Part shown: one piece after another, positions 1 to 7,866 of the stretch
Layout of the letters: each line of letters begins with the position of its first letter
Numbering within the stretch: position 1 is the first letter of the stretch
Source: a virus
Direction: 5' to 3' (one strand)
Virus record (IMG/VR): IMGVR_UViG_3300048999_000052
Coordinates: 19,491-83,490 of that record
Length of the DNA: 64,000 nt
The notes under the pieces: generated by a model
Told to the model about the DNA's origin: nothing
Seen by the model: the letters and a program-made list of their open reading frames with translations, nothing else
Database searches by the model: none
Position numbers and translations under genes: made by a program

Positions 1-192
1 GTACTCGTCCGGCGGGCAGATCCGGCCGACGACCAGGTGCTCACGGGCGATGGACGGGGTCAACAACAACACCTTGGTGCCGTAGTCGATGTAGTTCTGC
101 GCCTTGGCCAGTGACGACGTGGAGTTGCGATCAGCCTTGGCCTGTTCGCTGGCGACCACACCGTCGATGGTGTCGAAAAACTCGTCGGTCAT
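1..192 (-). CDS. hypothetical protein, 5' part only (runs off the window start)
   Basis: ATG at 192 overlaps the stop of 189-737 (ATGA); frame MTDEFFDTIDGVVASEQAK... open to position 1; AGAAGGA upstream. Confidence 0.7.
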   Translation of the reverse strand, partial: MTDEFFDTIDGVVASEQAKADRNSTSSLAKAQNYIDYGTKVLLLTPSIAREHLVVGRICPPDEY

Positions 193-737
193 GATTCCTT
201 CTTCTCAGTAATCTGGCTCGCCTCGATCGCCGGCGGGTCAGTGATCTTGTACTTCGGCTGGAACTCGTACGGGTAGTCGAACACCAGCTTGTGCTTTTGG
301 CGCAGGCTGCGGATCCGTTCGAAGTCCGGCTTGCCGATCTGACGCTTCGGCTCACCCAAGTCCCAGCGGGGGTGTTCCTCCCACCACTTCTCATCCCGGG
401 CGTAGTACTCGACCCAGGTGTGCGGGATCAGCGGAATCGTGTCCAGCAGCTGCATGGACACGTCGTAGGCGGCGAACACGGCTTTGCTATCCACCGGTTC
501 GCCAGCAGACTCAAGCAGCGCTGCGCAGTGCTCCGCGCTGAACTGCAAGACATCAGCCTTGGCGCCTAGGTCGTAGCCGGGCAGGACCCCAGTGATCATG
601 TCCATTACCTGCCCAACAGCGACCACGATCAGCGTGCCGATTCGTTCCCACAATCTGACCCGAGCTTGCTGGGCCTCGATGGATTCGGCGTTCACCACCT
701 CGCCTTCAGGGGTGACGATCGTGGACTGTGCGTTCAC
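189..737 (-). CDS. hypothetical protein (182 aa)
   Basis: GTG start after AGGAGAG RBS; GC3-rich codon usage. Confidence 0.75.
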   Translation of the reverse strand: MNAQSTIVTPEGEVVNAESIEAQQARVRLWERIGTLIVVAVGQVMDMITGVLPGYDLGAKADVLQFSAEHCAALLESAGEPVDSKAVFAAYDVSMQLLDTIPLIPHTWVEYYARDEKWWEEHPRWDLGEPKRQIGKPDFERIRSLRQKHKLVFDYPYEFQPKYKITDPPAIEASQITEKKES

Positions 738-791
738 TGGTCTCTCCTAATGATCAGACCCCGTTGTGGGGTGTGGCGCTTTCGGTACAGC

Positions 792-822
792 ACCGTAGTA
801 GGTACCGCGCAGAGCAGGACAA
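792..822 (-). promoter_or_regulatory. putative sigmaA-type promoter TTGTCC-19-TACGGT
   Basis: Intergenic, upstream of the 737 start; -10 fits TAnnnT, spacer long. Confidence 0.4.
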
Positions 823-854
823 GTACGAAGAACAGGCCGACCCCCCCACATCTT

Positions 855-1355
855 TCAGGCCAGCTCCGCCTGCTTGGCGGCTTCGATGTCAGCTTCATCC
901 GGCACCGGCGGTTCGTAGTGGCCGATGAACTGGCTGAGGTTCTGCTCCGGGATCCAGTCCTGGAGCCCGTCCAACAAGTGGGTCAAGACGATGACCCAGT
1001 CCTTCTGCTTGACGTGTGCCATCTGCAGGACGATCGGATCGGCGGCCAAGGACGGGTCGGCCGAGAAGTTCCGGACCGAGTAGACCCCTTCAGCCTGCTT
1101 GAAGATGATCAGGTCGTTGTCCCACTCGAAGTAGATCTCGGGGATCTTTGCGGCATCGCGCAAGGCCTTGTCCAGGCGCTTGACCAACTCGATCCCGGGG
1201 ACGAAGTCATCCCTGAACGTCAACGTCAGGTTGAACCGGCCGTCGCTGTCGTCCTCCAGCTCGTAGGCCAACCGCGAGGTGTAGTACTGACGCTCCGGAT
1301 TGGTCAGTGCCTTGATCACGATCGCGGCCATCGAGCTGTTCTGGCTGTGCTTCAC
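855..1355 (-). CDS. hypothetical protein
   Basis: GTG at 1355 preceded by AAAAGGAGAG; in frame with ORF 855-1427. Confidence 0.75.
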   Translation of the reverse strand: MKHSQNSSMAAIVIKALTNPERQYYTSRLAYELEDDSDGRFNLTLTFRDDFVPGIELVKRLDKALRDAAKIPEIYFEWDNDLIIFKQAEGVYSVRNFSADPSLAADPIVLQMAHVKQKDWVIVLTHLLDGLQDWIPEQNLSQFIGHYEPPVPDEADIEAAKQAELA

Positions 1356-1369
1356 TCTGCTCTCCTTTT

Positions 1370-1406
1370 GGACATGACAAAGGCCCCGGACCATGTGGTC
1401 GGGGCC
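1370..1406 (-). terminator. hairpin/attenuator in 5' leader (GGCCCCGACC-ACAT-GGTCCGGGGCC-TTTGTCATGTCC)
   Basis: Inverted repeat 1382-1406 followed by a short U tract, between promoter and RBS. Confidence 0.5.
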
Positions 1407-1441
1407 AATCAGGGCAGGCGTGGTCACTGCACCTAGGAAGT

Positions 1442-1462
1442 ACTATACCATACCCTGTTCTG
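1442..1462 (-). promoter_or_regulatory. putative promoter, -10 TATAGT with upstream CAGAACAGGGTATG element
   Basis: Near-identical to the element at 8910-8930 on the + strand. Confidence 0.55.
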
Positions 1463-1652
1463 ATTCACCACTTGGTGCTGGTTGGTACTTGCGGATGAAC
1501 CGGGACAACTTGGTGACCATCGTCCCATGGTTGGTGAAGGTGTAGCGGACCTTGGAGTTCAGTCGCTTGACGATGGTGACCGGCTCGCCGTCTTCGATCC
1601 GAACCCATCTGTCACCCCTCTCCAATGGGTAGTCGGCGTAGGGGTCGATCAG
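1443..1652 (-). CDS. hypothetical protein (start uncertain: CTG 1652 or TTG 1625)
   Basis: Fills the gap between 1649-2143 and the promoter; CTGA overlap with the upstream stop. Confidence 0.5.
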   Translation of the reverse strand: MIDPYADYPLERGDRWVRIEDGEPVTIVKRLNSKVRYTFTNHGTMVTKLSRFIRKYQPAPSGESEQGMV

Positions 1653-2143
1653 AACACGCGGACTCCGGTCTCCTGTTCGATCTCCTCCAGTTCGTGCAGG
1701 ATCGTCCCCGGCGGGGTGTCCGGCGCCACCGTGTAGTCCTTGGTCAGCGCCGTGGTGTGGTACGCCTGGATCGTCCCGCCGTCCTCGAAGTGCGTCTCCA
1801 CGCCCAGCACGTACCGGCCCAGCTCCTCGTCGTACCTGCGGCCGACGAACTGGTTGTTTCGCCAGATCGCGAGGAGAAGGTTTGCGCCCTTGACCGGGTA
1901 CACCCGGTTCTCCACCAGTTCGCTCTTCGGGATCCATGGGCTTGCCACCTCCGGCCCTTTGGGTGCCTCGTCCGGCACGTTTTCAACGAAGATCTCGGTC
2001 TCGATCAGACCCTCGAAGCCGGGGTTCACTTCGGCCGCGAAGGCCTCCATGATCGGCTGCAGCTCGTGCACCACCCCGGCTAGCACCTTGGGTGGGGCGT
2101 CTTCGCGCACCGAGACCTTGAAGCCAATCTTGATCGACTTCAC
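1649..2143 (-). CDS. hypothetical protein (164 aa)
   Basis: GTGA overlap with upstream gene; GGAGG RBS. Confidence 0.75.
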   Translation of the reverse strand: MKSIKIGFKVSVREDAPPKVLAGVVHELQPIMEAFAAEVNPGFEGLIETEIFVENVPDEAPKGPEVASPWIPKSELVENRVYPVKGANLLLAIWRNNQFVGRRYDEELGRYVLGVETHFEDGGTIQAYHTTALTKDYTVAPDTPPGTILHELEEIEQETGVRVF

Positions 2144-3105
2144 TTGTCCTCCCGGTCCAGATCGACTTGGACTTCGACCGGTGTTCCCTCAGCGAGGAGC
2201 TTGTCGTACTCCTCGACGGTGATGTTGTCATCGGCCAGCCCAGGGCTGGCCTGCTCGAACTTCCAGAACTCCTGGATCTCCAGCTGCTGCTGGGCGCTGA
2301 AGTTTGGGAACAACTCCCGCAGCCGGTCGTCGGTGAAGATGTTGAACAGATCCTCGGTATCCAGCTGCTGAATCCCGGCGACGGTGAGGACGACCTCGAC
2401 CTCCTGGAATTCCTCGGCGGGTACCTCGATGCCCAGGTCAGCGGGGCTCAGCTGTCGGACTCCGGGGACGACTCCGACCACGTTGCCTGCGCTCTGGGCC
2501 ATGGCCTTGAGCTTGGCCTGGCCGGCGGCATCATTTCGCGCGGGAAACGCGGCGGCGTCGAGCTCTTCCTTGCTGATGTCGCGGTGGCGGCCTTGGGTGT
2601 CGGGGTCGAGATTGGAGCCCTCCAGCTGGGTATGCAGCTTGCAGGAGGAGTTCCACATCTTGATTGCCCAGCCGTTCGGCCCATCCGTCAGTACGCAGGT
2701 GCAGCCCTGCTCCCTGGGGTTGGAGTGCTCGAACACCGAGCCGTTGACTGGTACCGGCATGGTCGACAGGGTCAAGATGTTGCGCGGGTCGGCCATCGCT
2801 TGCCAGGCCCAGTCCTGGCGGTAGTCGCAGTCGTTGACCGGACAGACCCAGCCGTCGCAGATCGCGACCAGCTTCATCTTGGTCTCGTGCTCGTTCGGGC
2901 AGGTGAACGGGTGGAAGTTGCCCCGCTCCTGGAACAGGTTCAGCTGGCTGACAACCTCGTCGGTCCACGGCGCCCAGATCTTCATGCTGTCCAGATCATT
3001 CTGCAGATCCGGATCGTGACCCTCGGCCAGTACTTCCTCGATCTTGCTGTCGATCTGCTGGCTGGCAGCTTCGAGCAGCTCGTCGAAGTCCTTCTTCTCA
3101 CCCAC
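2140..3105 (-). CDS. hypothetical protein with Cys/His metal-binding motifs and acidic C-terminus
   Basis: HPFTC...H...WVC..CDY.QDWA and CTC...C.LH motifs; GAGGAGG RBS. Confidence 0.8.
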   Translation of the reverse strand: MGEKKDFDELLEAASQQIDSKIEEVLAEGHDPDLQNDLDSMKIWAPWTDEVVSQLNLFQERGNFHPFTCPNEHETKMKLVAICDGWVCPVNDCDYRQDWAWQAMADPRNILTLSTMPVPVNGSVFEHSNPREQGCTCVLTDGPNGWAIKMWNSSCKLHTQLEGSNLDPDTQGRHRDISKEELDAAAFPARNDAAGQAKLKAMAQSAGNVVGVVPGVRQLSPADLGIEVPAEEFQEVEVVLTVAGIQQLDTEDLFNIFTDDRLRELFPNFSAQQQLEIQEFWKFEQASPGLADDNITVEEYDKLLAEGTPVEVQVDLDREDK

Positions 3106-3325
3106 GGTGTACCTCCTCGCAGTACGGAAGGCCTAGCGCCTTCTCGTGTTGTTTCTCGGTGAAGCCGAGCCAGCCCCTTTCCGGGGCCAAGCGTCCGCAG
3201 TAGATGCAGACGCCGTGCTCGGCTTCGTTGGCCCAGACGTTGTGGGCGTACTTGCCGTAGCGGGAAAACACTCGTGGCGAATTGGTGCCATCCCGGCTGG
3301 TGTCGATCGTGTCGGGCGTAGTCAT
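3098..3325 (-). CDS. small Zn-binding hypothetical protein
   Basis: H...CIYC...C motif; overlaps both neighbours. Confidence 0.65.
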   Translation of the reverse strand: MTTPDTIDTSRDGTNSPRVFSRYGKYAHNVWANEAEHGVCIYCGRLAPERGWLGFTEKQHEKALGLPYCEEVHRG

Positions 3326-3495
3326 AAGGGCTCCAGATCTTCCGGGTCGCAGAGGTCATAGCCCCTTGGCACCTCTACGACTATCTCCCCCGTGGTCAAG
3401 ACAGCTACTACGTGGCCACGGATGTTCTTACTGATGATGCGTACTTTCTGTCCCACCCGTGCCTCACTGCTACCTAACAAGCTAATCCCCTCCAT
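3322..3495 (-). CDS. small hypothetical protein (SH3/KOW-like beta pattern)
   Basis: VGQKVRI...GHVV...IVVE...DLEPL; ATGA overlap downstream. Confidence 0.55.
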   Translation of the reverse strand: MEGISLLGSSEARVGQKVRIISKNIRGHVVAVLTTGEIVVEVPRGYDLCDPEDLEPL

Positions 3496-3688
3496 ACTTG
3501 TCAATCGCGTCTTTGATGACGCGGAATTCCAGCAGGCAAGCAAGCGCTGCCAGAAATGCGCAGAGCCTTGCCTGCCACCAGTGGTGTTCCAAAGCATTGA
3601 TCACCAGCAAGAAGCCGGTCAAGAACACCACCGCCCCCATGAAGAGCGCGGCCAGGAAGTCAATGACCACCCAGCCGAACCACTTCAG
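3482..3688 (-). CDS. small membrane protein (2 TM), possible CTG start
   Basis: Two hydrophobic stretches; CTGA overlap with the stop of 3685-4107. Confidence 0.6.
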   Translation of the reverse strand: MKWFGWVVIDFLAALFMGAVVFLTGFLLVINALEHHWWQARLCAFLAALACLLEFRVIKDAIDKYGGD

Positions 3689-4107
3689 TCCTTCAATGCT
3701 CGGCCGTCGCGCCGACCTTCCCAGCGCATATAGTCCCAGCACAAGATTGCCACCGCGGCGCTTAGCACGAAGCTGGCGCCGAGTACGACCTTCGCCGCGG
3801 TGTCGAGCTCGTTGATGAAGGTAAGCAGGAACAGGTTGTTGAGTACGGCCCAGAACGCCATTCCCATCAGACCCAGCGCGAACGCTCCCGACGTGAACTG
3901 CAGCCTGGACCTGATCCGCAGCCTCCACAGCAAGGCGACGAACCCTCTGGGCGACTCTTGGCTGGCGTCGGTATACCGGTTGCAGTACTGACATCTCTTT
4001 CCAATCTGGGATTTCTCAGCGCTCGGACCGTCCTGGATGACGATCCACATGTCCCCCACCAACCAGCAGGCTGAGCCATCCCGGTGAATGTACTTTCTTC
4101 TTCTCAT
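3685..4107 (-). CDS. membrane protein with CxxC motif
   Basis: CQYC plus two hydrophobic helices; ATGA overlap. Confidence 0.65.
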   Translation of the reverse strand: MRRRKYIHRDGSACWLVGDMWIVIQDGPSAEKSQIGKRCQYCNRYTDASQESPRGFVALLWRLRIRSRLQFTSGAFALGLMGMAFWAVLNNLFLLTFINELDTAAKVVLGASFVLSAAVAILCWDYMRWEGRRDGRALKD

Positions 4108-4364
4108 CTCCCCCTACACCTATCTGCTCGTTCGCCGGCTTTGAAGCTGACGACTGATTCGCCGGCGTGATGCCTAGCGCGTTCTTGGCGGTACGCACAA
4201 AGCCCCCAGTCGATGGCCATCTGGATCCGCCAGTTGTGTGGACGGCGAGCGATGGTGGACAACGATCTGGGGGCGTAGCCGAGCTGCTCCGAAGTGCGCT
4301 CGATCGATCCGTAGTGCTGCATCAGGTAGAAGACCTGCAGCGGGTCCAGGGAACTGACCATCAA
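4104..4364 (-). CDS. putative helix-turn-helix protein
   Basis: YGSIERTSEQLGYAPRSLSTIAR resembles an HTH. Confidence 0.5.
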   Translation of the reverse strand: MMVSSLDPLQVFYLMQHYGSIERTSEQLGYAPRSLSTIARRPHNWRIQMAIDWGLCAYRQERARHHAGESVVSFKAGERADRCRGR

Positions 4365-4531
4365 GCCCCCAGAAGCATCAACAAGATGCCGCCGAACATC
4401 AGCAACATGCCGACGACCGCAGTACGAAGCAGGGCGAAGCCGATGGCCGTGAGGGCCATCCCGAAGCCCAACCCGATGGCGACGGTGCCGATCCAGAAGA
4501 AGACCGCGTTGTGGACGTCAATGGTGGTCAT
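4361..4531 (-). CDS. small membrane protein (2 TM)
   Basis: Almost entirely hydrophobic; 4-bp overlaps on both sides. Confidence 0.65.
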   Translation of the reverse strand: MTTIDVHNAVFFWIGTVAIGLGFGMALTAIGFALLRTAVVGMLLMFGGILLMLLGA

Positions 4532-4935
4532 TTGCTCGGGGGTGCCTGCTCCTTCGGCAGGCACAGCCCTTCACCTCCCGCCGCGTCCGGCCACCAGGTG
4601 TGGTCGCTGTGGCCCCAGGTGTCGGTTTCCTTGCCGCATCCGATGGCCCGTTCCTTCTTGGCGTTGATCTGGGCGACCTCTGGCGAAACCGGCGGGCCAG
4701 ACTTGGCGCCGATGATGATCACTCCCACAGCCGAGCCCAGCATCGAGACCGCCAGGATCGGGGTGACGACCCACCGAGTCCAGGTGGCCATCTGGTTGCG
4801 ACGGCGTTGCGCGATCAGGGCGATTTCCTTGTCGGCCTTGACCTTGGCCATGTTCTGTTCGTGCCGGTACTTCTCAACTTGAAAGTCCAACGAGCGGAAA
4901 TGCTCGATCTCTTTATCAACCGGCTCCTTGGTCAC
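4528..4935 (-). CDS. membrane-anchored protein (coiled coil, TM, Cys pair)
   Basis: Single TM WVVTPILAVSMLGSAVGVIIIG; GTGA overlap. Confidence 0.7.
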   Translation of the reverse strand: MTKEPVDKEIEHFRSLDFQVEKYRHEQNMAKVKADKEIALIAQRRRNQMATWTRWVVTPILAVSMLGSAVGVIIIGAKSGPPVSPEVAQINAKKERAIGCGKETDTWGHSDHTWWPDAAGGEGLCLPKEQAPPSK

Positions 4936-5030
4936 CGGTCATCTCCTCCTGTCCACCAAACGTGGATGTAGTAACAGCCGAAGTAGCCCAAAACGACCAG
5001 AGACAAGAAGTCCCAGCCGGATGTGTCCAC
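4932..5030 (-). CDS. 32-aa membrane peptide
   Basis: GTG after GGAGG; hydrophobic; abuts neighbours (not in the ORF track). Confidence 0.45.
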   Translation of the reverse strand: MDTSGWDFLSLVVLGYFGCYYIHVWWTGGDDR

Positions 5031-5228
5031 CTAAAAGACCTCCATGAATTGCGACTTCCGGAAGAACGACGATGGGATGGGTTTACGGAACCAGTGGGTA
5101 AACACGTGGGCCATGGCCACATCCCAGCTATCAAAGAACATGATCGAGTCTTCGTCGCCATCCTTGACCGCGATCCAGTACTCGTCGCCGTTGAAGTGGT
5201 CGTAGTACTTCCAGATTTTGACTTTCAC
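5031..5228 (-). CDS. hypothetical protein (65 aa)
   Basis: GTGA overlap; aromatic-rich. Confidence 0.6.
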   Translation of the reverse strand: MKVKIWKYYDHFNGDEYWIAVKDGDEDSIMFFDSWDVAMAHVFTHWFRKPIPSSFFRKSQFMEVF

Positions 5229-5401
5229 GTCATGAACAATGTGATTCCGACCAGGACGAAACCCAGGCCGAGCAGCGACCAGATCGAGATCAGTTCTTTA
5301 TTGTTCACCGGGTGGTAGAAGCCGCGCCGGAAGGTGATGATCACCGCCGTCACTGCGAGGAGCAATCCGAGCCCCAGCAGGATGTACTTCTCGGTGCTCA
5401 A
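5225..5401 (-). CDS. small membrane protein (2 TM)
   Basis: TTGA overlap, AAGGAG RBS; two hydrophobic helices. Confidence 0.6.
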   Translation of the reverse strand: MSTEKYILLGLGLLLAVTAVIITFRRGFYHPVNNKELISIWSLLGLGFVLVGITLFMT

Positions 5402-5688
5402 AGGGACTCCTTGACGTAGTAACCTGCCTGGATCCGGTGGACGACGTCCTTGGCTTGGAATGGCAGCCGGGTACCGCAGTACAGGCAGTAGTCGTGTTCG
5501 GGCTTCATGCAGCTGTCCTCGGTGGCCTCGTGGGCCACCAACAGGTGACAGACCAGCCACTGCACCCGCTCGTCGGACGGCCAAGTCAGGGCGGCGTACA
5601 GCCTGCCGCGGATCTTGTGGTCGTAGATGAAGTTGTCCAGCTTGTTGCTGGCCCGGTACAGCTTGAGTCGTAACTCGTATCGGTTCAC
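5398..5688 (-). CDS. Zn-binding hypothetical protein
   Basis: CH...H...C...H..CLYC; GTGA overlap, GGAGG RBS. Confidence 0.65.
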   Translation of the reverse strand: MNRYELRLKLYRASNKLDNFIYDHKIRGRLYAALTWPSDERVQWLVCHLLVAHEATEDSCMKPEHDYCLYCGTRLPFQAKDVVHRIQAGYYVKESL

Positions 5689-5822
5689 CGCAGCTTCCTC
5701 CACCGGTACTCCTCTTCCATGCAGATGCAGCAGCACCTGCAGTCGGAGATCCACGGGTTGAACTTGGGGTTGCGGGTGGATTTATTCCACCAGTAGTGGA
5801 GTTCGTGTCTGAGCCACCTCAC
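5685..5822 (-). CDS. 45-aa Cys-rich peptide
   Basis: MRWLRHELHYWW...DCRCCCICMEEEY; 4-bp overlaps at both ends (not in the ORF track). Confidence 0.55.
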   Translation of the reverse strand: MRWLRHELHYWWNKSTRNPKFNPWISDCRCCCICMEEEYRWRKLR

Positions 5823-6088
5823 CAGTGCTCCTGGGGGTCACGACCGAGCAGGTCGTTGAGCTGAGCCATGTAGGCCTGATCCAGTCGAACGACGACGCTG
5901 AAGTTGGATTGGTTAGGTCGGAGGTAGTCGAAGTTCTTGTACTTCTTCTCCGGTTCGTTGTCGTTGAGCTGCTCGGCCACAGCCCGTACTCCGGCCAGGT
6001 AGCCAGCGAGGTAGATGTCGCGGCCGGGAACGTCGGTAGCATCCGGCTGGTGCTCCCAAGACTCCTGAGCGTCGTCTAGCAGACTCAT
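5819..6088 (-). CDS. hypothetical protein
   Basis: ATG 6088 with ATGA overlap; YLAGYLAG motif. Confidence 0.65.
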   Translation of the reverse strand: MSLLDDAQESWEHQPDATDVPGRDIYLAGYLAGVRAVAEQLNDNEPEKKYKNFDYLRPNQSNFSVVVRLDQAYMAQLNDLLGRDPQEHW

Positions 6089-6192
6089 AGCACTCCAATC
6101 AGGACCAGGGCCTGGTAGGCCGCCGAGGCCAACAGCAGGCCTACCAGCACGAAGCCCAAGGCCAGCAGTAGCAGGCCGAACAGACCACCCAC
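6085..6192 (-). CDS. 35-aa membrane peptide
   Basis: All-hydrophobic ORF coupled to both neighbours (not in the ORF track). Confidence 0.5.
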   Translation of the reverse strand: MGGLFGLLLLALGFVLVGLLLASAAYQALVLIGVL

Positions 6193-6356
6193 TACTCCAC
6201 CGACCTCGGCCTGTGGGACATGTTGCCAAGAACCTGTCCCTTCGGGTAGCACATCGGCATCCCCGAGTTCTTCTCCACGTACAGCCGCATCTGGGCATCC
6301 CAGATCAGCTCGCTGTCACAAGCCGAGCAGACATCACTGTCAGGCTGAGTTTCCAT
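6192..6356 (-). CDS. 54-aa Zn-binding peptide
   Basis: CSAC...C...H; GAAGGTGAG upstream (not in the ORF track). Confidence 0.55.
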   Translation of the reverse strand: METQPDSDVCSACDSELIWDAQMRLYVEKNSGMPMCYPKGQVLGNMSHRPRSVE

Positions 6357-6615
6357 CACTCACCTTCTTTCGGAACTTTTTCACTAGCTTCACTAGCCGG
6401 GGTTTGTTCTGGGTGTAGTAGTCCCCGCACTGCGGACAGGCCGCGAACTTGCAGGGCACACACCAGGTCAGAAAGTTGAAGAGCCTGGCCCGCTCGGGTG
6501 GATCGAACCGGTAGGTCAGGATCTTCGTGTACTTGCCGCAACACCAACAGCCCAGCCCGAGCCGGCGGGCAAACCTACGGTCTGGGCGGTACCACTCAGG
6601 GAGTCTCTGGATCAT
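6340..6615 (-). CDS. Zn-finger hypothetical protein
   Basis: CWCC, CVPC and CPQC motifs. Confidence 0.65.
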   Translation of the reverse strand: MIQRLPEWYRPDRRFARRLGLGCWCCGKYTKILTYRFDPPERARLFNFLTWCVPCKFAACPQCGDYYTQNKPRLVKLVKKFRKKVSDGNSA

Positions 6616-6946
6616 CGACTGCTCCCAGAAGCTTGCGGAGCATCGCGTCGGTCTGCTCGATTTGCTTGTTACCTTCTTCCTCGCCCATGACGGCGACGAC
6701 GGCTTCTCGGCTGCCGGGCATCACTCGGAGTACCGGAGCCTCTTCCTGCAGGGACGAGTACATCGGACTGCAGTACAGACAGATCTTTTTCGGCGGATCG
6801 TCGGTGGAGGCCAAGAAGGCGACGGCTTCGGCCGAGATCAAGACCATGTGGCCACAGTCACCGGGGACGATCTTGTCTCCGTCTTGTCGGGGTAGGCCAG
6901 GGACTACCGGGGCGACGATCAGGTACGACGGGTCTTCTTCGTTCAC
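6596..6946 (-). CDS. Zn-binding hypothetical protein
   Basis: DCGH...ICLYC; GAGG RBS. Confidence 0.7.
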   Translation of the reverse strand: MNEEDPSYLIVAPVVPGLPRQDGDKIVPGDCGHMVLISAEAVAFLASTDDPPKKICLYCSPMYSSLQEEAPVLRVMPGSREAVVAVMGEEEGNKQIEQTDAMLRKLLGAVDDPETP

Positions 6947-6953
6947 TGCTACC

Positions 6954-7256
6954 TCAGACGTAGTACTTGCCCATCATTTCGATGAACAGCAGGATCTGCC
7001 AGGCAGGTCCTTGGACGTGGAAGTGGAAGTCTCTCTTCCCGAAGCTCTTGTCGACCGGGATCTTCAAGAAGACCAGCTTCCAGCCTCGGCCATAGGCCTC
7101 CTTGATCAGATCGTTCTTCAGACCGTAGTTCCACCAGTACGTGCGTAGGGTCACGACCGTGTACACCTGCTGTGCGGGCTGTAGTACCCCAGTTACCACA
7201 AGTTCCTCCAACTCCTCTTCGGCAACTTTGTTGCCGGGGAAAGGTAGGACAGTCAC
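6954..7256 (-). CDS. hypothetical protein (100 aa)
   Basis: GTGA overlap with the upstream gene. Confidence 0.7.
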   Translation of the reverse strand: MTVLPFPGNKVAEEELEELVVTGVLQPAQQVYTVVTLRTYWWNYGLKNDLIKEAYGRGWKLVFLKIPVDKSFGKRDFHFHVQGPAWQILLFIEMMGKYYV

Positions 7257-7483
7257 TTCTTGGGCTCCCTTCCCAGCATCTGCATGAAACGCAGATCTTC
7301 TGGGCTGAAGTCTTTTTTGCCAGCCCTGACTTCTTCGGCCAGGGTGTGGATCTTGCTGGTCTCGTCCTGGAGGGACTTAACCAGAGCCCGGTGGATCAAG
7401 ACCCTGATGGTGACCAGGATGATGGTCTTGACCAGCAGGTAGATGACCAGGTTCCGGATCGCTTGCTTCTGCTCGGAGTTCAC
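7253..7483 (-). CDS. small membrane protein
   Basis: Hydrophobic N-half; GTGA overlap. Confidence 0.65.
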   Translation of the reverse strand: MNSEQKQAIRNLVIYLLVKTIILVTIRVLIHRALVKSLQDETSKIHTLAEEVRAGKKDFSPEDLRFMQMLGREPKK

Positions 7484-7650
7484 AGACTGGCCGCCTTCTT
7501 CTCCAGCTTGATCCGAGCGTCGATGGCGGCAGCCGCGAGGGTACCGAGGACAGCTACGGTCGGGGTCAGGGCTGCCAGGGCAGACTTCACGCCGATCCGG
7601 GTAGCAGTCTTCTTGAGCTGCTGGGTGTTGGGCTTGCTGAGCTTCTTCAC
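7480..7650 (-). CDS. basic membrane-associated peptide, first gene of the left arm
   Basis: GTG after GAGGAGAG RBS; Lys-rich ends, hydrophobic core. Confidence 0.65.
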   Translation of the reverse strand: MKKLSKPNTQQLKKTATRIGVKSALAALTPTVAVLGTLAAAAIDARIKLEKKAASL

Positions 7651-7678
7651 TGTTCTCTCCTCAGACATCTGGACATGC

Positions 7679-7707
7679 AAAAACCCCGCACCGGTTGGTA
7701 CGGGGTT
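7679..7707 (-). terminator. intrinsic terminator
   Basis: AACCCCGUACC-AACC-GGUGCGGGGUU-UUU on the minus strand. Confidence 0.75.
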
Positions 7708-7813
7708 GCTCTGCTGCTCGCTTCGGCCCTGGGGGGCCTCCACTCGCTATCAGCAGTCCCGGCTCTTCTCTGTGAGGATCTATAGCCTCAGGAAGGCATG
7801 CGGAACTGCTGAT
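7679..7813 (-). ncRNA. putative ~135-nt sRNA or attenuator leader
   Basis: Predicted TSS 7813 coincides with the 12-bp stem AUCAGCAGUUCC/GGGACUGCUGAU; inner hairpin; second hairpin; terminator. Confidence 0.55.
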
Positions 7814-7819
7814 GAGATA

Positions 7820-7848
7820 AATATACCCTAATCTGCCCTGTTTTGCAA
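7820..7848 (-). promoter_or_regulatory. strong sigmaA-type promoter TTGCAA-17-TATATT
   Basis: Near-consensus hexamers, 17-bp spacer, AT-rich island. Confidence 0.75.
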
Positions 7849-7854
7849 GCTATC

Positions 7855-7860
7855 TAGGCT
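7855..7860 (+). promoter_or_regulatory. putative divergent -10 element TAGGCT
   Basis: TAnnnT inside a GCTATCT direct repeat, ~7 nt before the predicted RNA start. Confidence 0.45.
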
Positions 7861-7866
7861 ATCTGG

